Shown piece by piece: positions 16,841-26,729 of a stretch of 63,233 bases of DNA; position 1 is the first letter of the stretch, and each line of letters begins with the position of its first letter. Where the stretch lies: NCBI GenBank assembly GCA_035623395.1, contig DASPTN010000111.1, forward strand, positions 1-63,233, given 5' to 3'. A model generated the notes under the pieces. That model was not told the origin of the DNA, searched no databases, and worked only from the letters and a program-made list of their open reading frames with translations. The DNA comes from Gemmatimonadales bacterium. Lineage in GTDB: Bacteria > Gemmatimonadota > Gemmatimonadetes > Gemmatimonadales > JACORV01. A program made the translations under genes and the position numbers.

Positions 16841-19276
16841 CTAGGGTGTCCTGGCGGAAAGCAGCTCGTCGACGGCCTTCGCGTCCTGGCTGCGCAGGGC
16901 TATGGCGAGCACCTCATCGAGCGTCTCGACCGGATGGAACGCGAGGTTCCGCCGCACCTCTTCGGGCAGGTCCTCGAGCTCCGGCTCGTTCTCCTTCGGA
17001 AGCAGGATCTCCAGGATCCCGGCCCGCGCGGCCCCGAGCACCTTCTCCTTCAGGCCACCGATGGGCAGAACCTTGCCGCTGAGGGTCACTTCCCCCGTCA
17101 TCGCCACGTCGTGCCGAACCGGCCGCTGCGTCATCGCGCTGACCAGCGCCGTCGCCATCGTGACGCCGGCCGATGGGCCGTCCTTGGGGATTGCGCCCGC
17201 CGGCACGTGCACGTGTACCTCGCGATCCTTGAGCGCTTCCTCCCGGACTCCCAGCACCGAGGCGTGGGTCTTCGCATAGGTGAGGGCGGCCCGAGCCGAC
17301 TCCTTCATCACGTCGCCCAGGTGCCCGGTGAGCACCAGCTCGCCCTTGCCCGGCATGAGGGAGGCCTCGACGAACATGATGTCGCCGCCGGTGGGCGTGT
17401 AGTACATCCCGGTCGCCGTTCCGATGGCGTCGCTGGTCGCGGCCCGCTCGGGGCGGACCTTCGGCCGGCCAAGCTGAGCGCGCACATCGTCCCCGGTGAG
17501 CACGATGCGCTCTCCGCCGTCGGTGGCCACGCGGCGCGCGATCTTGCGCGCCAGACGGCCCAGCTCGCGCTCGAGCTGCCGGACTCCCGCCTCGCGCGTG
17601 TAGCCACCCACGATCTCCCGCACCGCCGAGTCCTCGATCAGCAGGCGCTCGGGTGTCAGGCCGTTTTCCTTGAGCTGCCGTGGCACCAGGTACTGCCGCG
17701 CGATGGCCAGCTTCTCCAGCTCGGTGTACCCCGTGAAGTCCACGGTCTCCAGCCGGTCCAGGAGCGGCGCGGGGATGTTCTGGAGGAAGTTCGCCGTCGC
17801 GATGAACAGCACCTCCGAGAGATCGAACGGCACCCCCAGGTAGTGATCCGTGAACGAGTCGTTCTGCGCGGGATCCAGCACTTCGAGCAGCGCCGCCGCC
17901 GGATCACCCTGGAACGAGACGCCGAGCTTGTCGACCTCGTCCAGCAGGAAGACCGGATTCTTCGTGCCCGCCTGCTTCATGCCCTGGATGATGCGGCCCG
18001 GCATGGCGCCCACGTAGGTCCGCCGGTGGCCCCGGATGTCGGCCTCGTCCCGCGCTCCGCCCAGCGAGATGCGCACGTACTTGCGCCCCATCGCCCGTGC
18101 GATCGACTTCGCGATCGAGGTCTTGCCCGTGCCCGGCGGGCCCACGAACAGCAGGATCGGACCCTTCGCCAGGACCTTGTCGTCGGCCTGCCCGGGTGTC
18201 TCCGAGGCGGTGGCGCGCTCCTGCTTCTCGTCACGATCCCGCAGCTGGCGCACCGCGAGGAACTCCAGGACCCGCTCCTTGACGTCGCGCAGTCCGTAGT
18301 GGTCCTCCTCCAGCACCTGCTCGGCGCGTGCCAGGTCGAGCGAGTCTTCGGAGCGCGCGTTCCACGGCAGCTCCGCGATCCACTCCAGGAAGGTGCGGAT
18401 GACCTGCGCCTCCATCGAGTCCTTGGAGGTACGCTCCAGCCGGCCCAGCTCGCGCTCGACCTCCTTCTGCGCGGCCTCCGGCAGCTGGAGCTTCTTCAGT
18501 TTCTCCCGCAGCGCCGCCGCGTCGCGGTCCTCCTCGCTCTCGCCCAACTCTCGCCGGATGGCTTTCAGCTGCTCCCGCAGGTACAGCTCCTTCTGGCGCT
18601 CGCCCAGCTCCTCCTGGACCTGGGACTTGATGTCTTCCTGCGCGTCCGCGACGTCGATCTGCCGCTGCACTAGGATCAGGACCCGCCGCAGCCGCTCCTC
18701 GACGGCCAGCGTTTCCAGCAGCGCCTGGCGCTCCGGCGTCTTCACGTCCAGATAGCCCGCCACCATGTCGGCGAACCGGCCGGCGTCGGTCACCGAAGCC
18801 ACTACCTGCTGGACCATCTCCTCGGGCAGACCGCTCTTCTGCCCCAACTCGGCGGCGCGCTCCCGCGCCTCCTTGTAGAGCGCGAGGAACGCGGCGTCGC
18901 TGCCATCCGGTGGAGGCTGGTCCGCCGCCTCACGCACCACGGCTTCGAGGTAGCCGTCGTGCTCGGAGAGATGAATCGCGCTGGCGCGGAACTCGCCTTG
19001 CAGCAGCAGTTGCACGCCGGCCAGGCCGCGCTGCATTTGCCCGATGCGCGCGACCGTTCCCATCGAGTACAGGTTCTCGAGGCTGACCTGCTCGGTGTTC
19101 TCGCGCTGCGCCACCGCGAAGATGAGCCGCCGCTCGGACTTGAGCGCCGCCTCGATGGCGCGCAGCGTCCCCGGGCGGCCCGCGCTGATGGGCGTCGTCA
19201 CCCCCGGGAACAACACCATGTCCCGCAAGGGCAGCAGGGGTAGGCTCAACCGCTCACTCATTCGATCCTCACTCAT
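16841..19276 (-). CDS. lon: ATP-dependent Lon protease
   Basis: LPLLPLRDMVLFPGV (LON N-domain), GPPGTGKTSIAKSIA (Walker A), PVFLLDEVDK (Walker B), and PKDGPSAGVTMATALVSA (catalytic Ser). Two in-frame ATGs (19276 and 19261) lie in a duplicated ATGAGTGAG. The second has the better SD (GAGGA). The track start at 19921 is a shadow extension into the kinase gene. Confidence 0.93.
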   Translation of the reverse strand: MSEDRMSERLSLPLLPLRDMVLFPGVTTPISAGRPGTLRAIEAALKSERRLIFAVAQRENTEQVSLENLYSMGTVARIGQMQRGLAGVQLLLQGEFRASAIHLSEHDGYLEAVVREAADQPPPDGSDAAFLALYKEARERAAELGQKSGLPEEMVQQVVASVTDAGRFADMVAGYLDVKTPERQALLETLAVEERLRRVLILVQRQIDVADAQEDIKSQVQEELGERQKELYLREQLKAIRRELGESEEDRDAAALREKLKKLQLPEAAQKEVERELGRLERTSKDSMEAQVIRTFLEWIAELPWNARSEDSLDLARAEQVLEEDHYGLRDVKERVLEFLAVRQLRDRDEKQERATASETPGQADDKVLAKGPILLFVGPPGTGKTSIAKSIARAMGRKYVRISLGGARDEADIRGHRRTYVGAMPGRIIQGMKQAGTKNPVFLLDEVDKLGVSFQGDPAAALLEVLDPAQNDSFTDHYLGVPFDLSEVLFIATANFLQNIPAPLLDRLETVDFTGYTELEKLAIARQYLVPRQLKENGLTPERLLIEDSAVREIVGGYTREAGVRQLERELGRLARKIARRVATDGGERIVLTGDDVRAQLGRPKVRPERAATSDAIGTATGMYYTPTGGDIMFVEASLMPGKGELVLTGHLGDVMKESARAALTYAKTHASVLGVREEALKDREVHVHVPAGAIPKDGPSAGVTMATALVSAMTQRPVRHDVAMTGEVTLSGKVLPIGGLKEKVLGAARAGILEILLPKENEPELEDLPEEVRRNLAFHPVETLDEVLAIALRSQDAKAVDELLSARTP

Positions 19277-19492
19277 TCGTTCTACACCGTGGCCCGTCCG
19301 ATTCGACTCTACGTTGGCACCGATCGTGCCACGGCGCACGGCCCCGTTCGTGCCATTCTGGCAGCAGGGGAGGTCGACGCTCGCGCCCGGCGCGTCTCCG
19401 TGGCGCGGAGCGCGGCCGGCTGGCAGGCCGGGAGTGTTGCCACTCCTGTGGGCCAGCGGTAATCTTTCCGCGGCCATGAACCTCGTCCGTCC

Positions 19493-21415
19493 TTGAGTCC
19501 GCCCGAAGCCGACCGCGCTCTCGAAGCCCGCCTGTCTACGGCTTTTGCCGGCGCCTACACGCTCGAGGGCGAGATCGGCCGTGGCGGTATGGGCGTGGTC
19601 TACCGCGCACGGGACGAGAAGCTCAAGCGCACGGTCGCGGTCAAGGTCCTGCCGCCGGAGCTGGCGTTTCGCCGCGACATCCGCGCGCGGTTCGTCCGGG
19701 AGGCGGAGACGGCGGCCCGGCTGTCCCACCCGAACATCGTCCCGATCCACACCGTCAGCGAGTCCGACGATCTGGTCTACTTCGTCATGGGCTACGTCGA
19801 CGGCGAATCGCTGTCGGTGCGCATCAAGCGCCGCGGGCGGCTCTCCATCGAGGAGGCGCGGCGGATCATGCGCGAGACGGCCGACGCCCTCGCGGCCGCG
19901 CACCAGCAGGGCGTCATTCACCGCGACGTGAAGCCCGACAACATCCTCCTCGAGGGCACCCGCGGACGGGTGATGGTCACGGACTTCGGCATCGCGAAGG
20001 CGTTGAGCGCCGAGGGCGGCACGCTCACGGACACCGGCATCGCGATCGGGACGCCGGCCTTCATGAGCCCCGAGCAGGCCGCAGGCGAGCGGGTGATCGA
20101 CGGCCGGTCGGACCTGTACTCACTCGGCGTGGTCGCCTACCAGATGCTGGCAGGGGAGCTGCCCTTCCAGGCCCCGACGGTTCCAGGGCTGTTGATGAAG
20201 CAGATCGGCACGCCGGCCGTGCCGGTGGAGCGGCTGCGCCCCGACGCGCCGGCCGAGCTGGCTGCGACGGTGATGCGGTGTCTCGAGAAGGACCCGGAGG
20301 ATCGCTGGCCGACGGCGGACGCATTGCGGCGCGCGCTCGAGACGGGCACGTACGCGCCGCCCCCGGCGCGGCCCGGCTCGCGCCGGGCAACCCCCGCCGG
20401 CCGCCTGCGGGAGTTTCCGCGACCAGGCGCCGAGCCGGACGCCGCCAGCTGGCTGGAGGAGCGGCGCAGCCGGCAGGGTGCGCGCCTCGAGCGCGTCCGC
20501 GACAAGCTCGAGCGCAGGCGCGAGAAGCTCGAGCGGAAGGCGGAGCGCCGCGAGGAGGAGGAGCGCGAGGTCGCGCGCCGGGCGGCGCAGACCGGCGAGC
20601 CGCTGATGGTCGTGCAGCTGCGCCACCGCATGGCGCGCTACCTGTCCATCAACGGGATGCTGATGCTGATCAACATCACGTTCGCGGGCGGCATCGGGCA
20701 CCCGTGGTTCCTCGTCCCGGCGGTCGCGATGGGCTGGGGATTGGCGCGCGACTATTCCCGCCTGTGGACTGCAGGCTACTCGTGGAGGGACGTCCTGCAC
20801 CGGCCTCCGGCGCCGGACGCTCTGGAAGCGAAGACCGGCAGGGCCGCCCTGGCCGCCCGCGGCACACCCGACGAGTTCGGCTCCCACGCCGCCGGGATGG
20901 AGCAGGCGGCTCGGGACCGCTCCGCCATCCTCGGGATGCTGGAACGGATGCCCAAGTCCGAGCGGAAGATGCTGCCGGACGTCGGGCCGACGGTCGACCA
21001 GTTGCTGGGGCGCGCCACGGACCTCGCGCGTACGCTCGCGGCGCTGGAGCGCGACATCGACACGGCCGCGGAGCAGAAGATCGAGGCGCGCATCGTCGCG
21101 CTCGAGCAGGAATCCGCCTCGGCGGACCGGGACCGGCGCATGGGCCTGCTGCAACGCCAGCGACAGACGGTGCACGACCTGGTCGCTCGCCGCGCGGCGC
21201 TCGAATCCCAGCTCGAGTCCTGCCTGCTGGCGATGCAGAACGTGCGCTTCGATCTGCTGCGGCTGCGCTCGGCCGGCGTCGCCGAGGCGCTCGGCGACCT
21301 CACGCAGGCGACCCAGCAAGCGCGCTCCCTGTCCCGCGACGTGGACGCCGCGGTTTCGGCCGCCGTGGAGATCCGGAAGCTCACCGGGCGCGAGACCGGC
21401 CCGCCCGACCGCTGA
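19493..21415 (+). CDS. Ser/Thr protein kinase with central 2TM-type membrane hairpin and C-terminal coiled-coil domain
   Basis: GRGGMGVVYRA, AVKVL, HRDVKPDNILL, DFGIAK and GTPAFMSPEQ are Hanks kinase motifs. The membrane hairpin is YLSINGMLMLINITFAGGIGHPWFLVPAVAMGWGLARDY. A heptad-rich tail of about 190 aa follows. Confidence 0.88.
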   Translation: MSPPEADRALEARLSTAFAGAYTLEGEIGRGGMGVVYRARDEKLKRTVAVKVLPPELAFRRDIRARFVREAETAARLSHPNIVPIHTVSESDDLVYFVMGYVDGESLSVRIKRRGRLSIEEARRIMRETADALAAAHQQGVIHRDVKPDNILLEGTRGRVMVTDFGIAKALSAEGGTLTDTGIAIGTPAFMSPEQAAGERVIDGRSDLYSLGVVAYQMLAGELPFQAPTVPGLLMKQIGTPAVPVERLRPDAPAELAATVMRCLEKDPEDRWPTADALRRALETGTYAPPPARPGSRRATPAGRLREFPRPGAEPDAASWLEERRSRQGARLERVRDKLERRREKLERKAERREEEEREVARRAAQTGEPLMVVQLRHRMARYLSINGMLMLINITFAGGIGHPWFLVPAVAMGWGLARDYSRLWTAGYSWRDVLHRPPAPDALEAKTGRAALAARGTPDEFGSHAAGMEQAARDRSAILGMLERMPKSERKMLPDVGPTVDQLLGRATDLARTLAALERDIDTAAEQKIEARIVALEQESASADRDRRMGLLQRQRQTVHDLVARRAALESQLESCLLAMQNVRFDLLRLRSAGVAEALGDLTQATQQARSLSRDVDAAVSAAVEIRKLTGRETGPPDR

Positions 21416-21430
21416 CGGCCTGCGCCCGCC

Positions 21431-24400
21431 TCAGGCCCCGCGCCGCGTGAGGCAGGACCGTACCAGCGGCACAATCTCTTCCGCAGTCCAGCCGAACCGG
21501 CCCAATTCGAGCGCCAGGTGCTCGGCGTGTCCGCAGGCGGGCCCTCCCGCCCTGGCCCCGACCACCGCTCCACCCCAGTATCCGGTCTGCCAGTAGGGAA
21601 GAGCCGAGACCGCCCGCTCGAAGACCGGCCCCGCCACCACCGGCGGCGCCAGCTGGCCCAGGGTCGTGACCGCGCCTTCCAGCGCGCCGGGGAACGGGCG
21701 ATCCAGCGTCGGCCGCAGGCTCCCGATGGCGCGAATGGCCTCCGCCGCCGCGGCGGCGTAGTTGCCGCTGTTCGCGTCGAGCTGCGCCAGGACCGCGGAT
21801 GCAAAAGCCGAGTCGCCGCCGTGCGCACGCACACTCTCCAGCAGCTCGCGCCCCTTCGACGGATTGTTCAGCGCGAGCTGGGTCAGTCCCGCCGTGAGCA
21901 GCAGCCGTGCGTCATCGCCCCTCGCGGCCAGCGCCGTGTCCAGGTGCGCCGCCGCCGACCGGAAATCCCGGCGCCCGAACAGCACGGTTCCCAGCACGCC
22001 CTGGTAGGCCGCGTCGTGCGGCGCCGCGCGCACGGCCGCCTCCGCGGAGCGCAGGGCCTCCGCATTGTCGTCCGGCAGTGCCGCCGCGTAACCCGCGCGC
22101 CAGGCGCCGGGACGTGCGCTCCAGTCGTCGAGCGCAGGCAGCGAGTCGCCAACGGCGGCCTTCAGCGCCAGCAGGGAGTCGAACACCGCCTCCGACGAAA
22201 TGCCGCTGAGCAGTGAACGGGCCGCCTCGAACTCCAGCGCGGGATGGTCGTCCGTGTGCTCGAACGGCGCGCCGTGCGCCAGCGCCGCGACCCCCCGAGG
22301 GCCGAGCAGGAAGTGGCCGACCAGCTGCGCAGGCTCCTCGACCCGCAGCCAGGCGCGCATCGCATCGGCCGTGCGCGTCCCCGGCCGCAGCGCCCCGGCG
22401 ATGGCCGCGCCGCTCCAGCGCACCGGTCGGCGTGAGCCGAGCACAACGAGATCGCTCGAGTTCGAGAACCAGATCTCCACGTGCGGGAAGACGGCCCGCA
22501 GGTTCGCGACCACCACCGCCACGACGCCCGGTGTCACCCGGTACATCTGCAGCCACTGACAGAAGACGCCGCCCGGTGCCAGCCGCCGCCCGACCACCTC
22601 GAAGTAGTCGCGCGTGAACAGCGACGCCACGCCGGCGATCCAGGGATTGGAGGGCTCCGACACGATCAGGTCGTACGCGGAATCCGCCAGCATCAGCGCG
22701 CTGCGCGCGTCGTCCTCGATCACGTGAACCCGCGCATCCGCGAGCACGTCCCGATTGACGTCGCGGAAGTCGCCGCTCGCGCGCAGCACCGTCCGCTCGA
22801 TCTCGGCGACGTCGATCCGCGCGACGCCCGGCACGTCGGCGATGGTGCGCGTCGTGGCGCCGCTGCCGAAGCCCACCACGAACGCCCGCCGCGGCCGTCC
22901 CTGCGCCAGCGCCGGCAGCAGCCCCAGCGAAACCTGCGTGTCCATGTCGGCGACGCTCGACGCATCGACCTTGCCGTTCACCTTCAGCCAGCTCTGGTTG
23001 CCGTCTCTCCACACCGACACCGCGGAGTTCCAGCCTTCCTTGAAGAGCAGTTGCTCCGAGCCGTACCCCCGCAGGTAACGCCCGAGATCCTCGCGATCCA
23101 GGCGTGTCCGCCCGTAGACGGCGGGTGCCCGGTCGAGGAGCCGCCCCGACCAGCTCGGCGTGGCCAGCGCGATCACCAGCGCGAGCGCTCCCAGCGCCGC
23201 CGGGACGCGCTCCACGCCCAGGGGCATGCCGGCAGCGCCCCGCTCCCGCCACGCCCACCAGGCGAGCGACGCGGCGGCGGCCACGTTGATCACGACCCCC
23301 ACGATCAAGGTGCGCTCGCTGCCGATGAGGTGGACCAGCACGAAGCCGGTCACCACGGCACCGGCGATGCTGCCGAGCGTGTTGGCCAGGTACGCGTGCC
23401 CGACCTCCCGGCCCGTGGCCCCGACGCGCTCGGACGCGAGCTCGGCCAGCAGCGGGAAGCTGTAACCCATCCCGATCGCCGGCGGGATGACGACCAGCGC
23501 CACGGCCAGCGCGTGGAGCGCGAGCAGCTCTCCGACGCTCACGAACGGGACCTGGAGCGTCGCGACGACGTACACCGGCAGGGTCCTGAAGAACGGAAAC
23601 AGCAGTGACGCCAGCACCGCGATGACGCCCTGCACCGCCGCGGCGCGCAGCAGCAGGTCGCGTGGCGCCCGTCCGCGGCCCACCGCGATCAGGCTTCCCA
23701 GCCCGATGCCCAGCAGGAAGCAGGCGAGGATCGTGGTGAACGCATAGGTCGAACTGCCGATCACCAGGATGAGTGCGCGGGTCCACGCGATCTCGTAGAG
23801 GAGCGACGCTAGGGCGGTGAAGGCGATGAACCCCGTGGCCAGGCGGCGCGTCGCCGGACCGGCATCCGGCGTGAACACCGGCTCCCCCTCAGGTGCCGGC
23901 GCCGGCGGTGCCGGCTCCGGGACCCGCGACAGCAGCAGGGCCGCCGCGCCGAGGGCGAGGTTCACCGCCGCGGTGCCGAGCAGCGAGCTCCGCAGTCCGA
24001 CGAACTCGATCAGCACGTAGCCCGCGAGCAGACAGCCGGCGACGCCACCGACCGTGTTGAGTCCATAGAACAGCGCCAGCTCGCCGCGCAGCTCGTCGCT
24101 GCGGTCGCCCGCGAACGCGCGCGTCAGCACGGGGAGCGTTCCACCCATCAGAAAGGTGGGGATCAGCAGGACGACGAAGGCGAAGACGAACTTGATCGCG
24201 GTTCCCATCCACAGACCGGGAGCCAGGGTCCGCGCCACGTCGAGGTACACCGCGCCCACGCCCCGGAGGGCCCACGGCGACGCGAGGCCGAACAGCCCGA
24301 TCGCCAGCTCGAGGACGCCGTACAGCCGGGCCGGCCTGGTCAGCGCATCGGCTCGCCGGCCGAGCAGCCAGGCGCCGAGACCCAGCCCCCCCATGTACGC

Positions 24401-24550
24401 CGCCACGACGGTCGTGACCGAGTGGATCGTCGAGCCGAAGACCTCGTAGAGATCGCGGACCCAGACCAGCTCGTACACCAGACCGGCGGCGCCCGACAGC
24501 ACGAAGATGAGCCCGAACAGCGCGTGCCGCGCACGTCGGGCATTGGCCAT
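21431..24550 (-). CDS. Fused polytopic membrane (MFS-like) / spermidine-synthase-like methyltransferase-fold / TPR protein (1039 aa)
   Basis: ATG at 24550 gives [32 protein letters not shown], followed by many TM helices. The SpeE-like core is AFVVGFGSGATTRTI...DLIVSEPSNPWIAGVASLFTRDYF. The C-terminus has Ala-rich TPR-like repeats. The start overlaps the upstream stop (TGATG). The track ORF to 25543 is a shadow extension. Confidence 0.8.
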   Translation of the reverse strand: MANARRARHALFGLIFVLSGAAGLVYELVWVRDLYEVFGSTIHSVTTVVAAYMGGLGLGAWLLGRRADALTRPARLYGVLELAIGLFGLASPWALRGVGAVYLDVARTLAPGLWMGTAIKFVFAFVVLLIPTFLMGGTLPVLTRAFAGDRSDELRGELALFYGLNTVGGVAGCLLAGYVLIEFVGLRSSLLGTAAVNLALGAAALLLSRVPEPAPPAPAPEGEPVFTPDAGPATRRLATGFIAFTALASLLYEIAWTRALILVIGSSTYAFTTILACFLLGIGLGSLIAVGRGRAPRDLLLRAAAVQGVIAVLASLLFPFFRTLPVYVVATLQVPFVSVGELLALHALAVALVVIPPAIGMGYSFPLLAELASERVGATGREVGHAYLANTLGSIAGAVVTGFVLVHLIGSERTLIVGVVINVAAAASLAWWAWRERGAAGMPLGVERVPAALGALALVIALATPSWSGRLLDRAPAVYGRTRLDREDLGRYLRGYGSEQLLFKEGWNSAVSVWRDGNQSWLKVNGKVDASSVADMDTQVSLGLLPALAQGRPRRAFVVGFGSGATTRTIADVPGVARIDVAEIERTVLRASGDFRDVNRDVLADARVHVIEDDARSALMLADSAYDLIVSEPSNPWIAGVASLFTRDYFEVVGRRLAPGGVFCQWLQMYRVTPGVVAVVVANLRAVFPHVEIWFSNSSDLVVLGSRRPVRWSGAAIAGALRPGTRTADAMRAWLRVEEPAQLVGHFLLGPRGVAALAHGAPFEHTDDHPALEFEAARSLLSGISSEAVFDSLLALKAAVGDSLPALDDWSARPGAWRAGYAAALPDDNAEALRSAEAAVRAAPHDAAYQGVLGTVLFGRRDFRSAAAHLDTALAARGDDARLLLTAGLTQLALNNPSKGRELLESVRAHGGDSAFASAVLAQLDANSGNYAAAAAEAIRAIGSLRPTLDRPFPGALEGAVTTLGQLAPPVVAGPVFERAVSALPYWQTGYWGGAVVGARAGGPACGHAEHLALELGRFGWTAEEIVPLVRSCLTRRGA

Positions 24551-26673
24551 CAGAAGGCCGCCAGCTCCCGGATGGCCGCGGCGACGTCCGCGACCTGAGG
24601 CAGGATGTGGTCCTCGAGCTGCGGGGCGTAGGCAACGAAGCTGTCGGCCCCGGCCACCCGGCGCACCGGAGCGTCCAGCCACGTGAACAGTTCGTCGGCG
24701 ATCCGGGCGGACAGCTCCGCGCCGTACCCCCACGAGATCGGGTCCTCGTAGACGACCACGACCTTGCTCGTCCGGCGCACCGAGCTGGCGATCGTTTCCC
24801 AGTCCAGCGGCGACAGCGAACGCAGATCGATCACTTCCGCCTTCACCCCGGAGGCCTCCTCCACCTCCTTGGCGGCGACGATCGATCGCTGCACGAGCGC
24901 CCCGTACGTGAGCACGGTGACGTCGGAGCCCGCCCGGACGACTCTCGCCTTGCCGAAGGGCACCATGAAGTTCGGCCCCGGGTAAGGCGCCTTGTTGTAC
25001 GTCTGCCGGTACAGGTGCTTGTGCTCCAAGAAGAGCACGGGGTCGTCGCACCGGATCGCCGTACGCAGCAGTCCGTTGGCGTCGAGGGCCGTGGCGGGAC
25101 ACACCACCCGCAGGCCCGGAACGTGCGTGAACAGCGCCGCGCCCGTCTGCGAGTGATAGACGGCGCCGCCCTTCAGGTAGCCGCCGTAGGTCACCCGCAC
25201 CACCACCGGCGCGCTGAACGCGTCGTTCGACCGCCAGCGCAGCGCCGCCAGCTCGTTGCGGATCTGCATGTATGCGGGCCAGATGTAGTCGAAGAACTGG
25301 ATCTCGACCACGGGCTTGAGGCCGCGCGTCGCCATCCCGATCGCTCGGCCGACGATGTTCGCCTCGGCGAGCGGCGAGTTGAACACCCGATCGCCCCCGA
25401 ACCGCTTCTGCAGTCCCCAGGTGACCTTGAAGACGCCGCCCTTGCCCTTGACCTTGCCCAGCGCGCCGGCGCGCGACGCGTCGGCCACGTCCTCGCCGAA
25501 CACCACGATCCTGGGGTCCCGGTCCATCTCGTCGCGCAGACACGCGTTGAGCAGGTCGACCATCGTCGTCGGATCGCCCGCGAACTGCGGGTCGTCCTCC
25601 GTGTCGAACCGCTCGGAGGTCGGGTCGACGTCGCCCGAATAGACGTGGAGCGACGCCGTTTCCGCCGCCGGCGCCGGCGCCGCGAGCGCCGCCTCCGCCG
25701 CCGCCTCCACCGTCGCCGCCACCTCGGCCTGGATCCGCTCGAGCTCCTCGGTCGTCGCGACCCCGTCCGCGATCAGCCGCTCCGGGAACCGGGACAGCGG
25801 ATCACGCGCCGCCTCGGCCGCCCGCTCCTCGGGTGGCCGGTACATCACCTCGTCATCCGAGAGCGAGTGCGAGTACGGGCGAATGACGTGCGCATGCACG
25901 AGCGCCGGCCCCCGCCGCGCCCGGCAGTACGCCACCGCGCGCGACAGCACCTCGCGGGAGGCGACCGGGTCGCAGCCATCCACCTCCTCCACGAGGAGGT
26001 CGGGGAAAGCCGCCACCAGCTTCGAGATCGACCGGCCCGGGGTCTGCACCTCGATGGGCACCGAGATCGCGTAGCCGTTGTCTTCGACCAGGAACAGCAC
26101 CGGGAGCTTCAGGTTGGACGCCGTGCTGAGCGCCTCCCAGAACTCTCCCTCGCTCGACGTGCCGTCGCCCAGCGAGCAGTAGGCGACCTCGTCGTGGCGA
26201 GCGCGCTCCTTGCGGTCGGCGATCGCCTCGAGCCGGTCGTAGCGGTACCAGGCCTCCGCGCAGCCCACCGCCTGAAGACACTGCGTCCCGGTGGGGCTGG
26301 ACTGGCTGACGATGTTGAGCTTGCGGTGGCCCCAGTGCGACGGCATCTGCCGCCCGCCCGAATTGGGGTCGGCCGCGGCGCCCACCGCCGAGAGCAGCAT
26401 CTCGGTCGGTGTCATCCCCAGGGCGAGGCACAGCGCCCGGTCACGGTAGTAGGGGTAGAACCAGTCGTGGCCGGGCTTGAGGAGCGTGCCGGCGGCCACC
26501 AGCACCGCTTCGTGGCCGGCGCCGGAGATCTGGAAGAAGATCTTGTTCTGCCGCTTGAGCTGGATTTCCTTGTCGTCGAGCCTGCGCGACAACAGCATCA
26601 GGCGGTAGATGCCCAGGAGGTCGGCTCTGGCGAGCTGCCGGGCGCCGACCTCGCTCTTGGTCCGGGTGGCCAT
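24550..26673 (-). CDS. 2-oxoacid (branched-chain-type) dehydrogenase E1 component, fused alpha+beta subunits
   Basis: 707 aa. The alpha part is ...[40 protein letters not shown] (ThDP motif GDG...N). The beta part is VVFGEDV...[29 protein letters not shown]... Confidence 0.88.
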   Translation of the reverse strand: MATRTKSEVGARQLARADLLGIYRLMLLSRRLDDKEIQLKRQNKIFFQISGAGHEAVLVAAGTLLKPGHDWFYPYYRDRALCLALGMTPTEMLLSAVGAAADPNSGGRQMPSHWGHRKLNIVSQSSPTGTQCLQAVGCAEAWYRYDRLEAIADRKERARHDEVAYCSLGDGTSSEGEFWEALSTASNLKLPVLFLVEDNGYAISVPIEVQTPGRSISKLVAAFPDLLVEEVDGCDPVASREVLSRAVAYCRARRGPALVHAHVIRPYSHSLSDDEVMYRPPEERAAEAARDPLSRFPERLIADGVATTEELERIQAEVAATVEAAAEAALAAPAPAAETASLHVYSGDVDPTSERFDTEDDPQFAGDPTTMVDLLNACLRDEMDRDPRIVVFGEDVADASRAGALGKVKGKGGVFKVTWGLQKRFGGDRVFNSPLAEANIVGRAIGMATRGLKPVVEIQFFDYIWPAYMQIRNELAALRWRSNDAFSAPVVVRVTYGGYLKGGAVYHSQTGAALFTHVPGLRVVCPATALDANGLLRTAIRCDDPVLFLEHKHLYRQTYNKAPYPGPNFMVPFGKARVVRAGSDVTVLTYGALVQRSIVAAKEVEEASGVKAEVIDLRSLSPLDWETIASSVRRTSKVVVVYEDPISWGYGAELSARIADELFTWLDAPVRRVAGADSFVAYAPQLEDHILPQVADVAAAIRELAAF

Positions 26674-26729
26674 GAAGGACGCAAAATAGCCGACCGCCCG
26701 GCCCCGCTCAACGCCGTTCGGCCGGGACG

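Noticed and set aside
19261-19284. The duplicated ATGAGTGAG-GATCGA-ATGAGTGAG at the lon start as a regulatory repeat or frameshift site.
   Set aside because: Both copies are in the same frame, so they merely give two alternative ATG starts 5 codons apart. There is no evidence for anything beyond a small duplication.
19316-19331. A sigma54-like promoter upstream of lon (minus strand TGGCACGATCGGTGCC). A second TGGCACG lies nearby.
   Set aside because: The -12 element is GTGC rather than TTGC. GGCAC/TGCC strings are frequent in this GC-rich sequence, and the match is also part of an imperfect palindrome. This is not enough to call without TSS data or an rpoN/EBP context.
21431-25543. N-terminal extensions of many track ORFs, taken at face value (for example 25543 for the SpeE-like gene, 5962 for ompA, 7997 for M14, 13130 for the aconitase-family gene, 19921 for lon, 33714 for ProDH, 36727 for glpD, 44016, 50123, 51115, 54277, 57659, 58911 and 60005).
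   Set aside because: The extensions overlap the upstream gene and are compositionally shadow-like. In each case an internal start sits at or next to the upstream stop codon, or begins a clean signal peptide or a conserved N-terminus.
26674-26729. Hairpin CCCGGCC-N15-GGCCGGG followed by CTATTTT after the amidohydrolase gene, as an intrinsic terminator.
   Set aside because: The loop is long (15 nt) and the T-run is short and separated from the stem by about 9 nt. It is plausible but weak, so I did not list it as a feature.
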